A DNA stretch of 61,438 nt, filler included, from Basidiobolus ranarum (taxonomy: Eukaryota): assembly GCA_040143965.1 (NCBI GenBank). It is 7 parts of 7 records of this genome, joined end to end, with 100 filler letters (N's around TTAATTAATTAA, not from the genome) between each part and the next. Parts side by side here need not be neighbours in the genome. Positions count along the whole stretch, not along the records: positions 26,422 to 35,110 come from JASJQH010007813.1; positions 35,211 to 43,890 come from JASJQH010007814.1; 5 more parts are not named here. One strand, given 5' to 3'. Positions 26,422-36,138 of this stretch are shown here, one piece after another. Position numbers and translations under genes: made by a program. The notes below the pieces were generated by a model. It ran no database searches. It worked only from the letters and a program-made list of their open reading frames with translations, and had not been told where the DNA came from. Numbering within the stretch: the first letter of the stretch is position 1; every line of letters starts with the position of its first letter.

Positions 26422-27386
26422 CATAATCTAATAATAGAAGAGTTCTATTTGCAGTGGATCAGCATGCCAAGATCAGAATCATGACAATGGTTTTCTTATG
26501 ATAACAATCCTCAAATTTCTGCTAGGGTGTGTGGCAGGCTATTCCGGACTGTAACTATGATATCTTGATCAGTAGTAGATACTCAATCGCATTCCATTTC
26601 ATTCAATCAAATAGTTCCTATATTAATTAGTGATTTAATGTCTTCTCCTGGCTTCATCTTTAAGTTAAAGAATTGTCTTCTTAGAAGCATCTTGTTGGCA
26701 GCAGAAATTGTTTTGTGGGTGTCTTCCAAGGCTTTCCATACCTTCTTGGCAGTTTTAGCTCTTGAACATTGAATTAGCAATTTGTCTTTAACATTGAGAC
26801 AAATTGTGTTACAGGCACTTTGCTCTTTTTTAACCAGGAGTAAAACTTTGGTTTAAGATAGTTTTGCATTGTTTTCTTCTCCTACAACAGTGTCCCAAAG
26901 TCTTTTTTCTTGCAGCAGCATTTTCATTTTAGTTTTCCAAACTTGATAATTGGTTCCATCCAATTTTCATAAGAGGGAAAAGTCCTATAAATTTGAGAAG
27001 TAGACATTACAGAGAGTGTAAGCTTGGAGCTCATAATCTGTTAAAGTACTTGGGAGCCTGTTGGAAGTGGTTTGGAGAATCAGAGGAGTTGGTGGTTTTC
27101 ACTTGTTGATTTATTGAGTAGAAAGTTGACATTTATAGTTTTGTCAAGATGTAGACAAACTAATGTGTAGAATGTGTTAAGGAAGGTCCCAGGAACATGT
27201 TGGCAAAGTTTGGAGCTTCTAGCACAAGTTTGAAAAATCTACATATCTGAGAACTTCTAAGTTGGTAAAAATATTCTTAGTAAATTCCAATTGATAATAA
27301 TTGACAATATCTTAGTGAGTTATAAGATAACTAAGCACTAAGTTATATATGACTATATAGGTGCTTAGGCAATGCTAATCTCAACA
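26422..27386 (-). mobile_element. 5' end of a decayed Ty1/copia LTR retrotransposon (family A): LTR, PBS, gag
   Basis: 348-bp LTR at 27039-27386 (TGTT...AACA), followed on the minus strand by a PBS-like GATTATGAGCTCCAAGC. Gag reads KLDGTNYQVWKTKMKMLLQEKRLWDTV...TAKKVWKALE...KMLLRRQFFNLKMKPGE...NSLP with stops and a frameshift. Truncated by contig start. Confidence 0.9.
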
Positions 27387-27414
27387 CAGGACCCCTGATG
27401 ATAGTGCTCTTTAT

Positions 27415-28661
27415 CCCCTTGACAAAAATAACAATAACTTGATCTAGATTGGATCCACCCTTTAGGAGCACAAAACCATCAGAGGACTTTGACAATATTG
27501 GTGTCTTATTTTCTGCCAATGGCAAGATAGTGGCTTCCTAACAGTATTGTGATGGTTATCATAGATGGTGAAACAACTGATCCTGATATTTATCATGTGA
27601 AATTTAATTTCCAAGAATTTCTGTAAACACCGATTTTTGAATGGCATATTACTGTGCTTTCTGCTTTAGGAATTCCAATTAGAATGTATGCCTTTATGTT
27701 GATATTTAGGATTTGTATTCCAGCCATAATGAGAATCAAAAAATACAAGAATCTTGTTGTTTTTAGTCTCTACATGTGCACATACTAGACTGATCAGACA
27801 TAACTAAATAACATCAATATCCTTTACCAGCAAAATAATGGTGGCAAAATTGCTAAACATCTGAAATTTAGAGTGGCAATGACACTTGGAAAATAGCTGA
27901 CTTTTGTTGATATTGACAAAAACAATAAGCTCTTGGATTTTGGCAAATTTCTGTCAGGAATTCAGCCAAAATATCCCCAACTTCCAGTCAATAAATGTCC
28001 TGCCACAAGAAGATATGGCAGGGCTTGAATAGATTACCACATGGCTAAAACAATAATACATTATATCATGATCTTTCTCACCAAGGAGTTTGTCTTGCTG
28101 CTTTTTTAGATATACCCTTAGATTATCATGCTAACAAATTATTCTCATTGTGAACAGTAACAAGAGTCAGCTATTTGCCAAGTGCCAGTGCTTTTCAAAA
28201 TTTCAGATGTTTAGCAATTATTCTACTGTTAGTTTGTTGATAAAGAATATTGATGTTGTTCAGTTATATCTGATCAGTCAAGTATGTGCATATGTAGAGA
28301 ATAAACACAACAAGATTCTTGTATCTTTTGATTCTCATTATGGCTGGAATACAAAGCCTAAAATATCTAAATAAAGGCATGCATATTAATTTGAATTCCT
28401 ATAGTAGTAAACCCAGTAATTTGCCATTCAAAAATTAGTTTTTTGCAAAAATTGTTGGAAACTAAATAACGCATGCCAAATATGAGGATCAATATTTTAC
28501 CATGTATGATTACCATCAGAATACCATTAAGAAGCCACCATCTAACAATCAATATCCCTGGCAGAATGCAAGCCACCAATAATGTGATGGTCCTCTGACA
28601 GTTTTGCAATACAGAATGGTGGATCCAATCCAGAGAAAATTGATTTTATTTTTGTTAGGGG
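27415..28661. mobile_element. Non-autonomous foldback / long-TIR element
   Basis: About 500-bp diverged inverted arms (~27415-27920 and ~28148-28661) around a ~230-bp spacer. For example, TTTGTATTCCAGCCATAATGAGAATCAAAA near 27712 is the reverse complement of TTTTGATTCTCATTATGGCTGGAATACAAA near 28326. No transposase. Confidence 0.75.
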
Positions 28662-28978
28662 TTGGCTTACAAAGAGGTCTCTACTAAGCTGTATACTGGT
28701 ATTATATTAATTATGACTCTGACTTTTGCTGATGCAAATTGCACAACTAAATATACCGTATAATTCGGAGCAAATATCTGGTGTCGTTAGTATCAACAAG
28801 TGCAGTTTTCTTTTGGTTACTTTCAATTTCATTCATGCATTGATATAATATTGAATTAAATGTAACTTAAAATTATGTTGTAAATTTAATTTTACATAGT
28901 ATTCATGAGTAAAGTAGGCACTTATAGGGTTGGGTAGTTAAAACAAAGTTAGCTTTGGTTACCAAGGCAAATCTCTTC

Positions 28979-29190
28979 CAAATAGCAAACAAGTTTTAGC
29001 CTGGAGCCGAGCAAAGGCATTTACGTATGACAACAAAAATGATCAGAATCGTCAAGCAATAGTTAGCTAATGCCCTCACCGGTGAGAATTCTAAGTAAAG
29101 TTACTTGCTATTCAGCACCAGCCGAAGTGATCTAGCGTGTTGCATCGTGTCTCAATCAAATATGTAAATCAACCCCATGAACTGTGAATA
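28979..29190 (+). pseudogene. Highly degenerate 3' half of another 8-Cys family copy
   Basis: AAATAGCAAACAAGTTTTAGCCTGGAG resembles the KYQTGPSLE codons. From 29109 reads YSAPAEVI*RVASCLNQICKSTP*TVN. Followed by a family-type 3' flank CATGAATAAATAAAGTA near 29228. Confidence 0.75.
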
Positions 29191-29691
29191 ACCGCTTGAC
29201 ATTTAAAAAATAGGCTAAAAAAAGGCTCATGAATAAATAAAGTATGAATTCATTTTATGTTCACAGCAAAAGGTATGATTCATATGATATCTCTCTCAAA
29301 CGGTGCAGTCTATCAATCAAAGCTTTGTCACACCAGTAACATATAGGTAGGCTTTTTAACGTCACCGTCGACCCTAGTAATATTCGTCTAGTCTACCAAC
29401 TAATACATAGCACCAATCTCAAACCTTTTCGGTTGTTTAAATTGTTATTAGAATATGGTTTACTTCATGAGTATGTTGAACTGTGCAGTGACCTATTTGT
29501 TAATTTCGGTAAGCGTGGAGCTTCTTTCTTTCATTTTAGTTACAATACTTTGACCAAGTAGCTCTACTTCGGTAAACCATTTAAAGAACAAAATCTATTT
29601 GCATTATACCGTCTGTGTCAATAGAGTGGTCAACTTTAACCAGACGCCAACGGAAATGAATAAATCAAGCTGACATCAATTTCATTTTCAA

Positions 29692-29734
29692 GCACTAACT
29701 AAACTATGCTATATGATGCATACATCTATATATA
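29692..29734 (+). promoter_or_regulatory. Family-conserved upstream motif GCAYTAACTAAAC plus TATA-like element
   Basis: The motif lies 78-80 nt upstream of the ATG in all five copies (29692, 30758, 31936, 33246, 34344; the copy-4 version is diverged). It is followed by TATATA and an AATC-ATG start context. Confidence 0.6.
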
Positions 29735-29769
29735 GAGCTCTATGCCGGTATATTCAGAGTATACTAATC

Positions 29770-30294
29770 ATGCGTTTTACTTCCATTGTCTTCATTCTAG
29801 CTGCTGCCTCTATTCAAACTGCCATTGCCACTCCACTTGGCTGCTCATCTCCATGTACTGACACGATCGGGAGAGTTTACTATCGCTCATTGCCATGTGA
29901 ACAACAAGCAATAAACTGTAATCACAATGCCCAAATGCCACCTGCTATCAAGACAACAAGCACACATACCCCACTATTGAGACAGCTATTCACCACCATC
30001 ACCAGGAAACATGACAATTTGAATACCGCTAGCGCAAGTAACAGAAAAGGAATCAATGTCAAGTATCAAACGGGGCCAAGCTTGGAAGCCGAAGGCAATG
30101 CTATCGCATGGCAATATGCTAAACAAAAAGGATCAAAATCTTCTGAGGAAAATCCACAACTCCCCTCACCAATGATAGTCCCAGGTCAAACTGCGCAATA
30201 CTCAGCACCTGCTGAAATGACCGAGTGTGTTGCACCTTGTATTGATCAAATACCAGTATCAACCCTATGTACTGAAAATTGTAATCAAAGATAA
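29770..30294 (+). CDS. Orphan secreted 8-Cys protein, array copy 1 (174 aa)
   Basis: Signal-peptide-like MRFTSIVFILAAASIQTAIA. Pattern C-x3-C-x13-C-x6-C ... C-x3-C-x9-C-x3-C. Start set at 29770 by alignment with paralogs. Confidence 0.85.
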   Translation: MRFTSIVFILAAASIQTAIATPLGCSSPCTDTIGRVYYRSLPCEQQAINCNHNAQMPPAIKTTSTHTPLLRQLFTTITRKHDNLNTASASNRKGINVKYQTGPSLEAEGNAIAWQYAKQKGSKSSEENPQLPSPMIVPGQTAQYSAPAEMTECVAPCIDQIPVSTLCTENCNQR

Positions 30295-30835
30295 GTTTAC
30301 TTCTACCCAAATTTGATGGCCAAAAAAGGTGTATAAATAAATGACATAGGATTACAGTTGAAATTTACAACATGAGATAGAGTTGACCTGGCCACTTTTA
30401 TTATCAGTGCAGCTTACCAAGCACAGTCCAGTTACGCCAATAACAAAAACATATGCTGCTATATTGATGCGAATACATCGCACATATGAAGTTGAACGAT
30501 TTGCTAACTATACAGTAGCATAATAATCTATTTCACTGGAGAATCTTTTATTCATTTTAGTATCATTATTTTCATCGCGATAAGTAATTTTCTATAATTT
30601 ACTTCTAACAAAAACTAAACGATTGGCTTTAATCACAGCTTGGGCTGAGTCTCAGCGGTTTGAATTTAGAAATCACATTATCAAAATAGAGGTCAGCTGT
30701 AACCAGATGTTAATTGAAACGAATCTAACAAGTTACATTGAATTTCAATATCGTAGAGCATTAACTAAACTGTGATATATGATGGTAGCAAGTATATATT
30801 GTACCTAATGTCGGTATATTCAATGTGTACTAATC

Positions 30836-31336
30836 ATGCGTTTTACTTCTATTTCCCTCACCCTTGCTGCTGTCTGCCTACAAACTGCCATCGCCACTCC
30901 ACTTGGCTGCACTTCTCCATGCACTGGCACTATCGGAAGAGTCTACTATCGTTCATTACCATGTGAACAACAATCAATAAACTGCAACCACAATGTCCAA
31001 ATGCAACCGACTATAAAGACAACAAGCACACATACTCCACTTTTGAGGCAAGTATTCACCACCATCACCAGGAAACATGACAATTTGAACACCGCCAGTG
31101 CTAATAACAGAAAAGGAATCAATGTCAAGTATCAAGCAGGCCCTAGCTTGGAGGCAGAAGGCAATGCTATTGCATCGGAATATGCCAAAGAAAAAGGTTC
31201 AGAATCTTCAAATGTCAACACGGAACTCCCTTCACTGATGGTAATCCCAGGTCAATCTACACACTACTCAGCACCTGCAGATATGACAGAGTGCGTTGCA
31301 CCTTGCGTTGATCAAGTACCTATATCAACACCTTGA
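30836..31336 (+). CDS. Orphan secreted Cys-rich protein, array copy 2 (premature stop removes last two Cys)
   Basis: Paralog of copy 1. The seventh Cys codon is TGA (31334-31336), and the ancestral tail TENCAQ* is still present downstream to 31357. Confidence 0.8.
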   Translation: MRFTSISLTLAAVCLQTAIATPLGCTSPCTGTIGRVYYRSLPCEQQSINCNHNVQMQPTIKTTSTHTPLLRQVFTTITRKHDNLNTASANNRKGINVKYQAGPSLEAEGNAIASEYAKEKGSESSNVNTELPSLMVIPGQSTHYSAPADMTECVAPCVDQVPISTP

Positions 31337-32015
31337 ACTGAAAATTGTGCTCAATAAGATCTCTAGTTCCACCCAAATTTGCAGACCAAAGAGGTTGGAT
31401 GAACAAATAAAGTAGGATTTCATTTTGAATTTTCAATACGGGATGCACATGATCGGGCAAAGCTTTAATTGATGCAGTCCTCAAGGAAAGGCCCAGTGAT
31501 GTATGGATATACTTCTTAATGTAACAGTGAAAACAACTAAATATATAATTTAACCGTGTAGCATTCAGTTAATTAGTCAAAAAATACATGATAAATACCC
31601 AGAAACAAAGCTGCTATGTCACTAACTAATTAAAATATTGGTAACCTAATGATTTTAATGATGAATATACATTTCACATAGTAGGTTATAGGATTGACAC
31701 CTTTTATAATAACATGGTACTCAATTTTTAAGTCCTTTGTAAATATTTTTTCCACGTTTGATGACAAATCTACCATCTGACTTTAATAGAAATCAATCGC
31801 GTTGCAACAATTACGGCCCAAGCTAAATCTCACTGCCTTGGGTCTGAAAATCTAAATATCAATATAGACGTTAACTTCAACCAAAAGTTATTTGAAATGA
31901 ATACATCAAGTTCACGACAATTTCATTATTACAAAGCACTAACTAAACTACGATATATGACGTAAACCAATATATATGTAGGGCCCTATCTTGGTGTATT
32001 CAAAATGTAATAATC

Positions 32016-32540
32016 ATGCGTTTTACTTCCATTTCTCTCATCCTAGCAGTTGCTTCCCTTCGAACGGTCATCACCACTCCACTTGGCTGCTCTTCTCCAT
32101 GCACTGGCACTATCGGAAGAGTTTACTATCGTTCATTACCATGTGAGCAGCAGACAATAGGCTGTAACCAGAATGTCCAAGTGCAACCTATCATCAAGGC
32201 AGCAAGCACACATACCCCACTATTGAGACAGGTATTCACCACCATCACCAGGAAACATGACAATTTGAATACCGCTAGCGCTAGTCACAGAAAAGGAATC
32301 AATTTCAAGTATCAAACGGGGCCGAGTTTGGAAGCCGAAGGCAATGCTATCGCATGGCAATATGCTAAACAAAAAGGATCAGAATCTTCTGTTGAAAATC
32401 CACAACTCCCTTCACTGATGATAGTCCCAGGTCAAACTGCACAATACTCAGCGCCTGCCGAAATAACTGAGTGTGTAGCACCTTGCAACGATCAAATACC
32501 TGTATCAACTCCATGCACTGAAAATTGTTATCAAGGATAA
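32016..32540 (+). CDS. Orphan secreted 8-Cys protein, array copy 3 (174 aa)
   Basis: Same signal peptide, Cys pattern and conserved core as the other copies. Confidence 0.85.
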   Translation: MRFTSISLILAVASLRTVITTPLGCSSPCTGTIGRVYYRSLPCEQQTIGCNQNVQVQPIIKAASTHTPLLRQVFTTITRKHDNLNTASASHRKGINFKYQTGPSLEAEGNAIAWQYAKQKGSESSVENPQLPSLMIVPGQTAQYSAPAEITECVAPCNDQIPVSTPCTENCYQG

Positions 32541-32950
32541 GTTTACTCCTACCCAAGTTTGATAGCCAAAGAAGGTGTATGAAAAAATAAAGTAGGATTG
32601 CAGTTAAAATTTGCCACTACAGATGTGATAGACTGGACAACCTCATAATTGTCACTTATAAGCTGTTTACATGGAAATATGAGCTATATGAAAATAGGAT
32701 CAATGAGATACTCTGATCTCTCATAATGGAGAAGTTGGATGGTTGTTGCTCCCAAGTCCACATATTTTGGTCGATTCAAGGCATAAGAGAAGCAAATTGC
32801 TAATATATCAAGTTTTTTATTATTATGGATAGGGGTATACTTCCTATAAGATATCATTTTAAGCTTTTATATGAACTCTATAAGTTAATTTATTTAGTAT
32901 ATGCAGCACGGGAAAGTTCATAATTGTATTACTATCGTCTTAGGGTATTG

Positions 32951-33050
32951 GAAACATTGACTAACTACCGTCCGAATATATAGAAAACTGTGGTCAATGT
33001 GATCTTGAATTTTACCTATAGTTGAGGAAAAGAAAATGTTTATGAATAAT
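32951..33050 (+). pseudogene. Ghost family copy with almost the whole CDS deleted
   Basis: Promoter-like CATTGACTAACTAC...ATATATAG is joined directly to terminal codons GAA AAC TGT GGT CAA (ENCGQ) and a family-type 3' flank. Confidence 0.55.
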
Positions 33051-33323
33051 TACCGGGTGATCAGGAGTATTTTTTCATTCCTTCAAAAATGAACACTTTT
33101 TTTTCGTCAAGTAACTACTTTTCGCTAAATTTTTAATATACAAAAATCTCTTTGCACTAACCATAGCATTAATACATAGGTTGACTTCAATTAGATTTTA
33201 ATTGAAATGAATACCGCAACTTTATTTTACTTTCATTCCCGTAAGGAACTGACTAAACCATGGCACATGAAGCAAATAAGTATATATAGAGCTAGATGTT
33301 GCTCCATTCAGAGTATACCAATC

Positions 33324-33845
33324 ATGCATTTTACTTCCATTGCCCTCATCCTAACTGCTGCTTGCCTGCAAACTGCCATCGCTGCTCCACTTGGTTGCTC
33401 TTCTCAATGCACCGGGACGATGAGAAGAACTTACTATCGCTCGTTACCATGTGAACAACAAGCAATAGGCTGTAACCAGAACGTTCAAATACAACCTGTT
33501 TTCAAGACAACAAGCACACATACTCCACTTTTGAGACAAGTGTTCACCACAATCACCAGGAAACATGACAATCTGAACACTGCTAGCGCCAGTCACAGAA
33601 AAGCAATCAATGTCAAGCATCAAGCAGGACCTAGTTTGGAGGCAGAAGGAAATGCTATTATATCGGCATATGTAAAAGAAAAAGGTTCAGAATCCTCCAA
33701 TGTCAGTTCGGGACTCCCGCCGCTAATGATGATCCCAAGTCAACCTATGCAGTATTCGGCACCTGCCGAGGTGACTGAGTGTGTTGAACCTTGCGTAGAT
33801 CTAGTACCTGTATCAGCACCATGTACTGAAAATTGTAGTCAATGA
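33324..33845 (+). CDS. Orphan secreted 8-Cys protein, array copy 4 (173 aa)
   Basis: MHFTSIALILTAACLQTAIA signal. Start set at 33324 by alignment (the ORF track start at 33207 is upstream of the promoter motif). Confidence 0.85.
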   Translation: MHFTSIALILTAACLQTAIAAPLGCSSQCTGTMRRTYYRSLPCEQQAIGCNQNVQIQPVFKTTSTHTPLLRQVFTTITRKHDNLNTASASHRKAINVKHQAGPSLEAEGNAIISAYVKEKGSESSNVSSGLPPLMMIPSQPMQYSAPAEVTECVEPCVDLVPVSAPCTENCSQ

Positions 33846-34421
33846 GATCGCCACTTCTACTCAAATTTATTGAATAAAGAAGGTACATGATAATATAAAG
33901 TAGGATTTCAGGAAATATTTGCAACACAGGGAATGGCTGACCGAAAGACTCTTACTAGTGTAGTCTACTAAGCACAGCTCAGTCACGCCACTCAAAGATA
34001 AAACTCTCTATTGATACGAATACATCTCACACATGAAGTTGAACGGTTTGCTAACTGTGCAGTAGTATAATAATCAATTTCAGTGGATCTGAAGCAATTT
34101 TCATTTTTTCTAGTATTAATATTTTCACCACGATAAGTAATTATTCTATAATTTACTTTTAAAAAAATAGCAATTATTCTGTAATTCGTTTTTATTAAAA
34201 AATATGGCCATGTACATTAACCACAGCCTGAGTGAAGTGTCACCCATTTGGGTTTAAAAGTCACAGTATCAATATGGATCAGCTTCAACCAGATGTTAAT
34301 TGAAATGAGGAAATCAAGTCGACTTCAATCTCATTATCCTAAAGCATTAACTAAACTATGATATATGACGCCTACATGTATATATTGAGCCCTATATTGG
34401 TGTATTCAAAGTATACCAATC

Positions 34422-34943
34422 ATGCATTTTACTTCTATCGCTTTCATTGTAGCTGCTGCTTATCATCAAACTGTCTTCGCCACCCCACTAGGCTGCTCTT
34501 CTCCATGCACTGGCACTATCGGAAGAGTCTACTATCGTTCATTACCATGTGAACAACAAGCAGTCGACTGCAACCAGAATGCCCAAATGCAGCCGACTAT
34601 AAAGACTACAAGTACACATACCCCACTATTGAGACAAATATTCACCACCATCACCAGGAAACATGACAATTTGAACACTGCTATCGCCAGTCACAGAAAA
34701 GGAATCAATGTTAAGTATCAAACAGGTCCTAGTCTGGAGGCAGAAGGCAACGCTATTGCATGGGAATTTGCCAAAGAAAAAGGCTCAGAATCCTCAAATG
34801 ATAATTCGGAACTCCCTTCATTGATGATAATCCCAGGTCAAACTTCAGAATACTCAGCACCTGCAGAAATGACCGATTGTGTTGCACCATGTACCGATCA
34901 AGTAACCATGTCAACACCATGTATTGGAAATTGTGGTCAATAA
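34422..34943 (+). CDS. Orphan secreted 8-Cys protein, array copy 5 (173 aa)
   Basis: Same Cys pattern and core. The signal region carries a polar YHQ change. Confidence 0.85.
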   Translation: MHFTSIAFIVAAAYHQTVFATPLGCSSPCTGTIGRVYYRSLPCEQQAVDCNQNAQMQPTIKTTSTHTPLLRQIFTTITRKHDNLNTAIASHRKGINVKYQTGPSLEAEGNAIAWEFAKEKGSESSNDNSELPSLMIIPGQTSEYSAPAEMTDCVAPCTDQVTMSTPCIGNCGQ

Positions 34944-35110
34944 CATCTGTATTTTTATCCAAGTTTGCTGAAGAAAGAAGGTTAATAAATGAATAATCCA
35001 GGATTTTAGTTGGTTTCAAAGGATATGATTGACCTGGTAACCCTCATAATGGGTACAGTCAATAAAGAAATGCTTCATTGCGCCATATAAATAGGCATCT
35101 TAATGAGCTA

Positions 35111-35210
35111 NNNNNNNNNNNNNNNNNNNNNNNNNNNNNNNNNNNNNNNNNNNNTTAATTAATTAANNNNNNNNNNNNNNNNNNNNNNNNNNNNNNNNNN
35201 NNNNNNNNNN
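35111..35210. other. Artificial contig linker
   Basis: N44-TTAATTAATTAA-N44. Confidence 0.98.
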
Positions 35211-36138
35211 CCGGAGCTAGGGAAGAAGAACATGAACGAATGAACCGGATCTTGGACTTGTTAGTGGGAGTGGGATGACGAAGAAGAATTTGATGAATAG
35301 TAGGTACGGCAGTATACCATGTGCAGCCATGTTCAATGAATTCTTCCCAGAAAACGGTGGCTGAGAACTTTGGTGGGATAACAACGGTACCACCGGATTT
35401 CAATGATGCAAGTAATCCACAAACCAATCCATGAACGTGGAAAAGTGGCATGACAAGATAGGTAGTATCTGTACTGCGAAGGTTATAAGTGTTGATGATA
35501 TTACTCATTGTTCTGGTAATATTTTTATGAGTAAGTGGAACCCCTATTGAAATGAAAATTCAACTAAGTATTATATTGATTTTAGGAGCTTAATATAGAA
35601 TACACCAACCCTTAGGTCTACCAGTAGTCCCAGAAGTATGTAAAAGTAAAGCAACGTCATCTGGAGTAGCCTGTAAACTTGACAAGTTTACCCCATTTAC
35701 CTGAGAGCCAGCCGTGCGGTGAAGTAAAATCCGGTTTTGCTCTTTGGACCAACTAATTTCATATATAGAAACGTTAAACTTAGCTGCAGCACGGACAGCT
35801 GGTTTCTGCTCTTTTGTCCAACCATTGTGGACGAGTAAGACCTTACTCTTTGAGTCCTCAAGGTAGAAGGAAAACTCAGCTTCAGAATAGCTGGGATTCA
35901 AAGGTGCCGAGACAAGTTTAGCTCCAGTGATACCAAAAAAGGCTACTACGAATTCTAAAGAGTTAATAAGGGCCAGGGAAACGGTATCGCCAGGCTGTAA
36001 ACCGGCACCACTGAGTTGCTCTTGGAAAGAACGTACAGCTTCGGTAATCTCTGGGTATGAAAGAGAAGGGCCGCCCGCAGGAACAACAATGGCACGAGAG
36101 GTAGTTTTGGTATGTAGCGCTTGGGTTAGAGTGGACAT
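35211..36138 (-). CDS. PCS60: Oxalate--CoA ligase / peroxisomal acyl-CoA synthetase, 3'-truncated
   Basis: AMP-binding LHTSGTTGRPKG|VPLTH across intron 35544-35609. Also APLNPSY, MPLFHVHGL, TWYTAVPTIHQILL and RFIRSCSSSLAP. Confidence 0.9.

Noticed and set aside
29770-34943. Hydrophobin annotation for the 8-Cys proteins
   Set aside because: No CC doublets; Cys spacing and the hydrophilic core do not fit.
30119-35019. Recurring antisense and alternative-frame ORFs (30119-30310, 30772-30966, 32365-32556, 34358-34552, 34753-35019)
   Set aside because: Shadows of the duplicated sense genes, with inconsistent lengths across copies.
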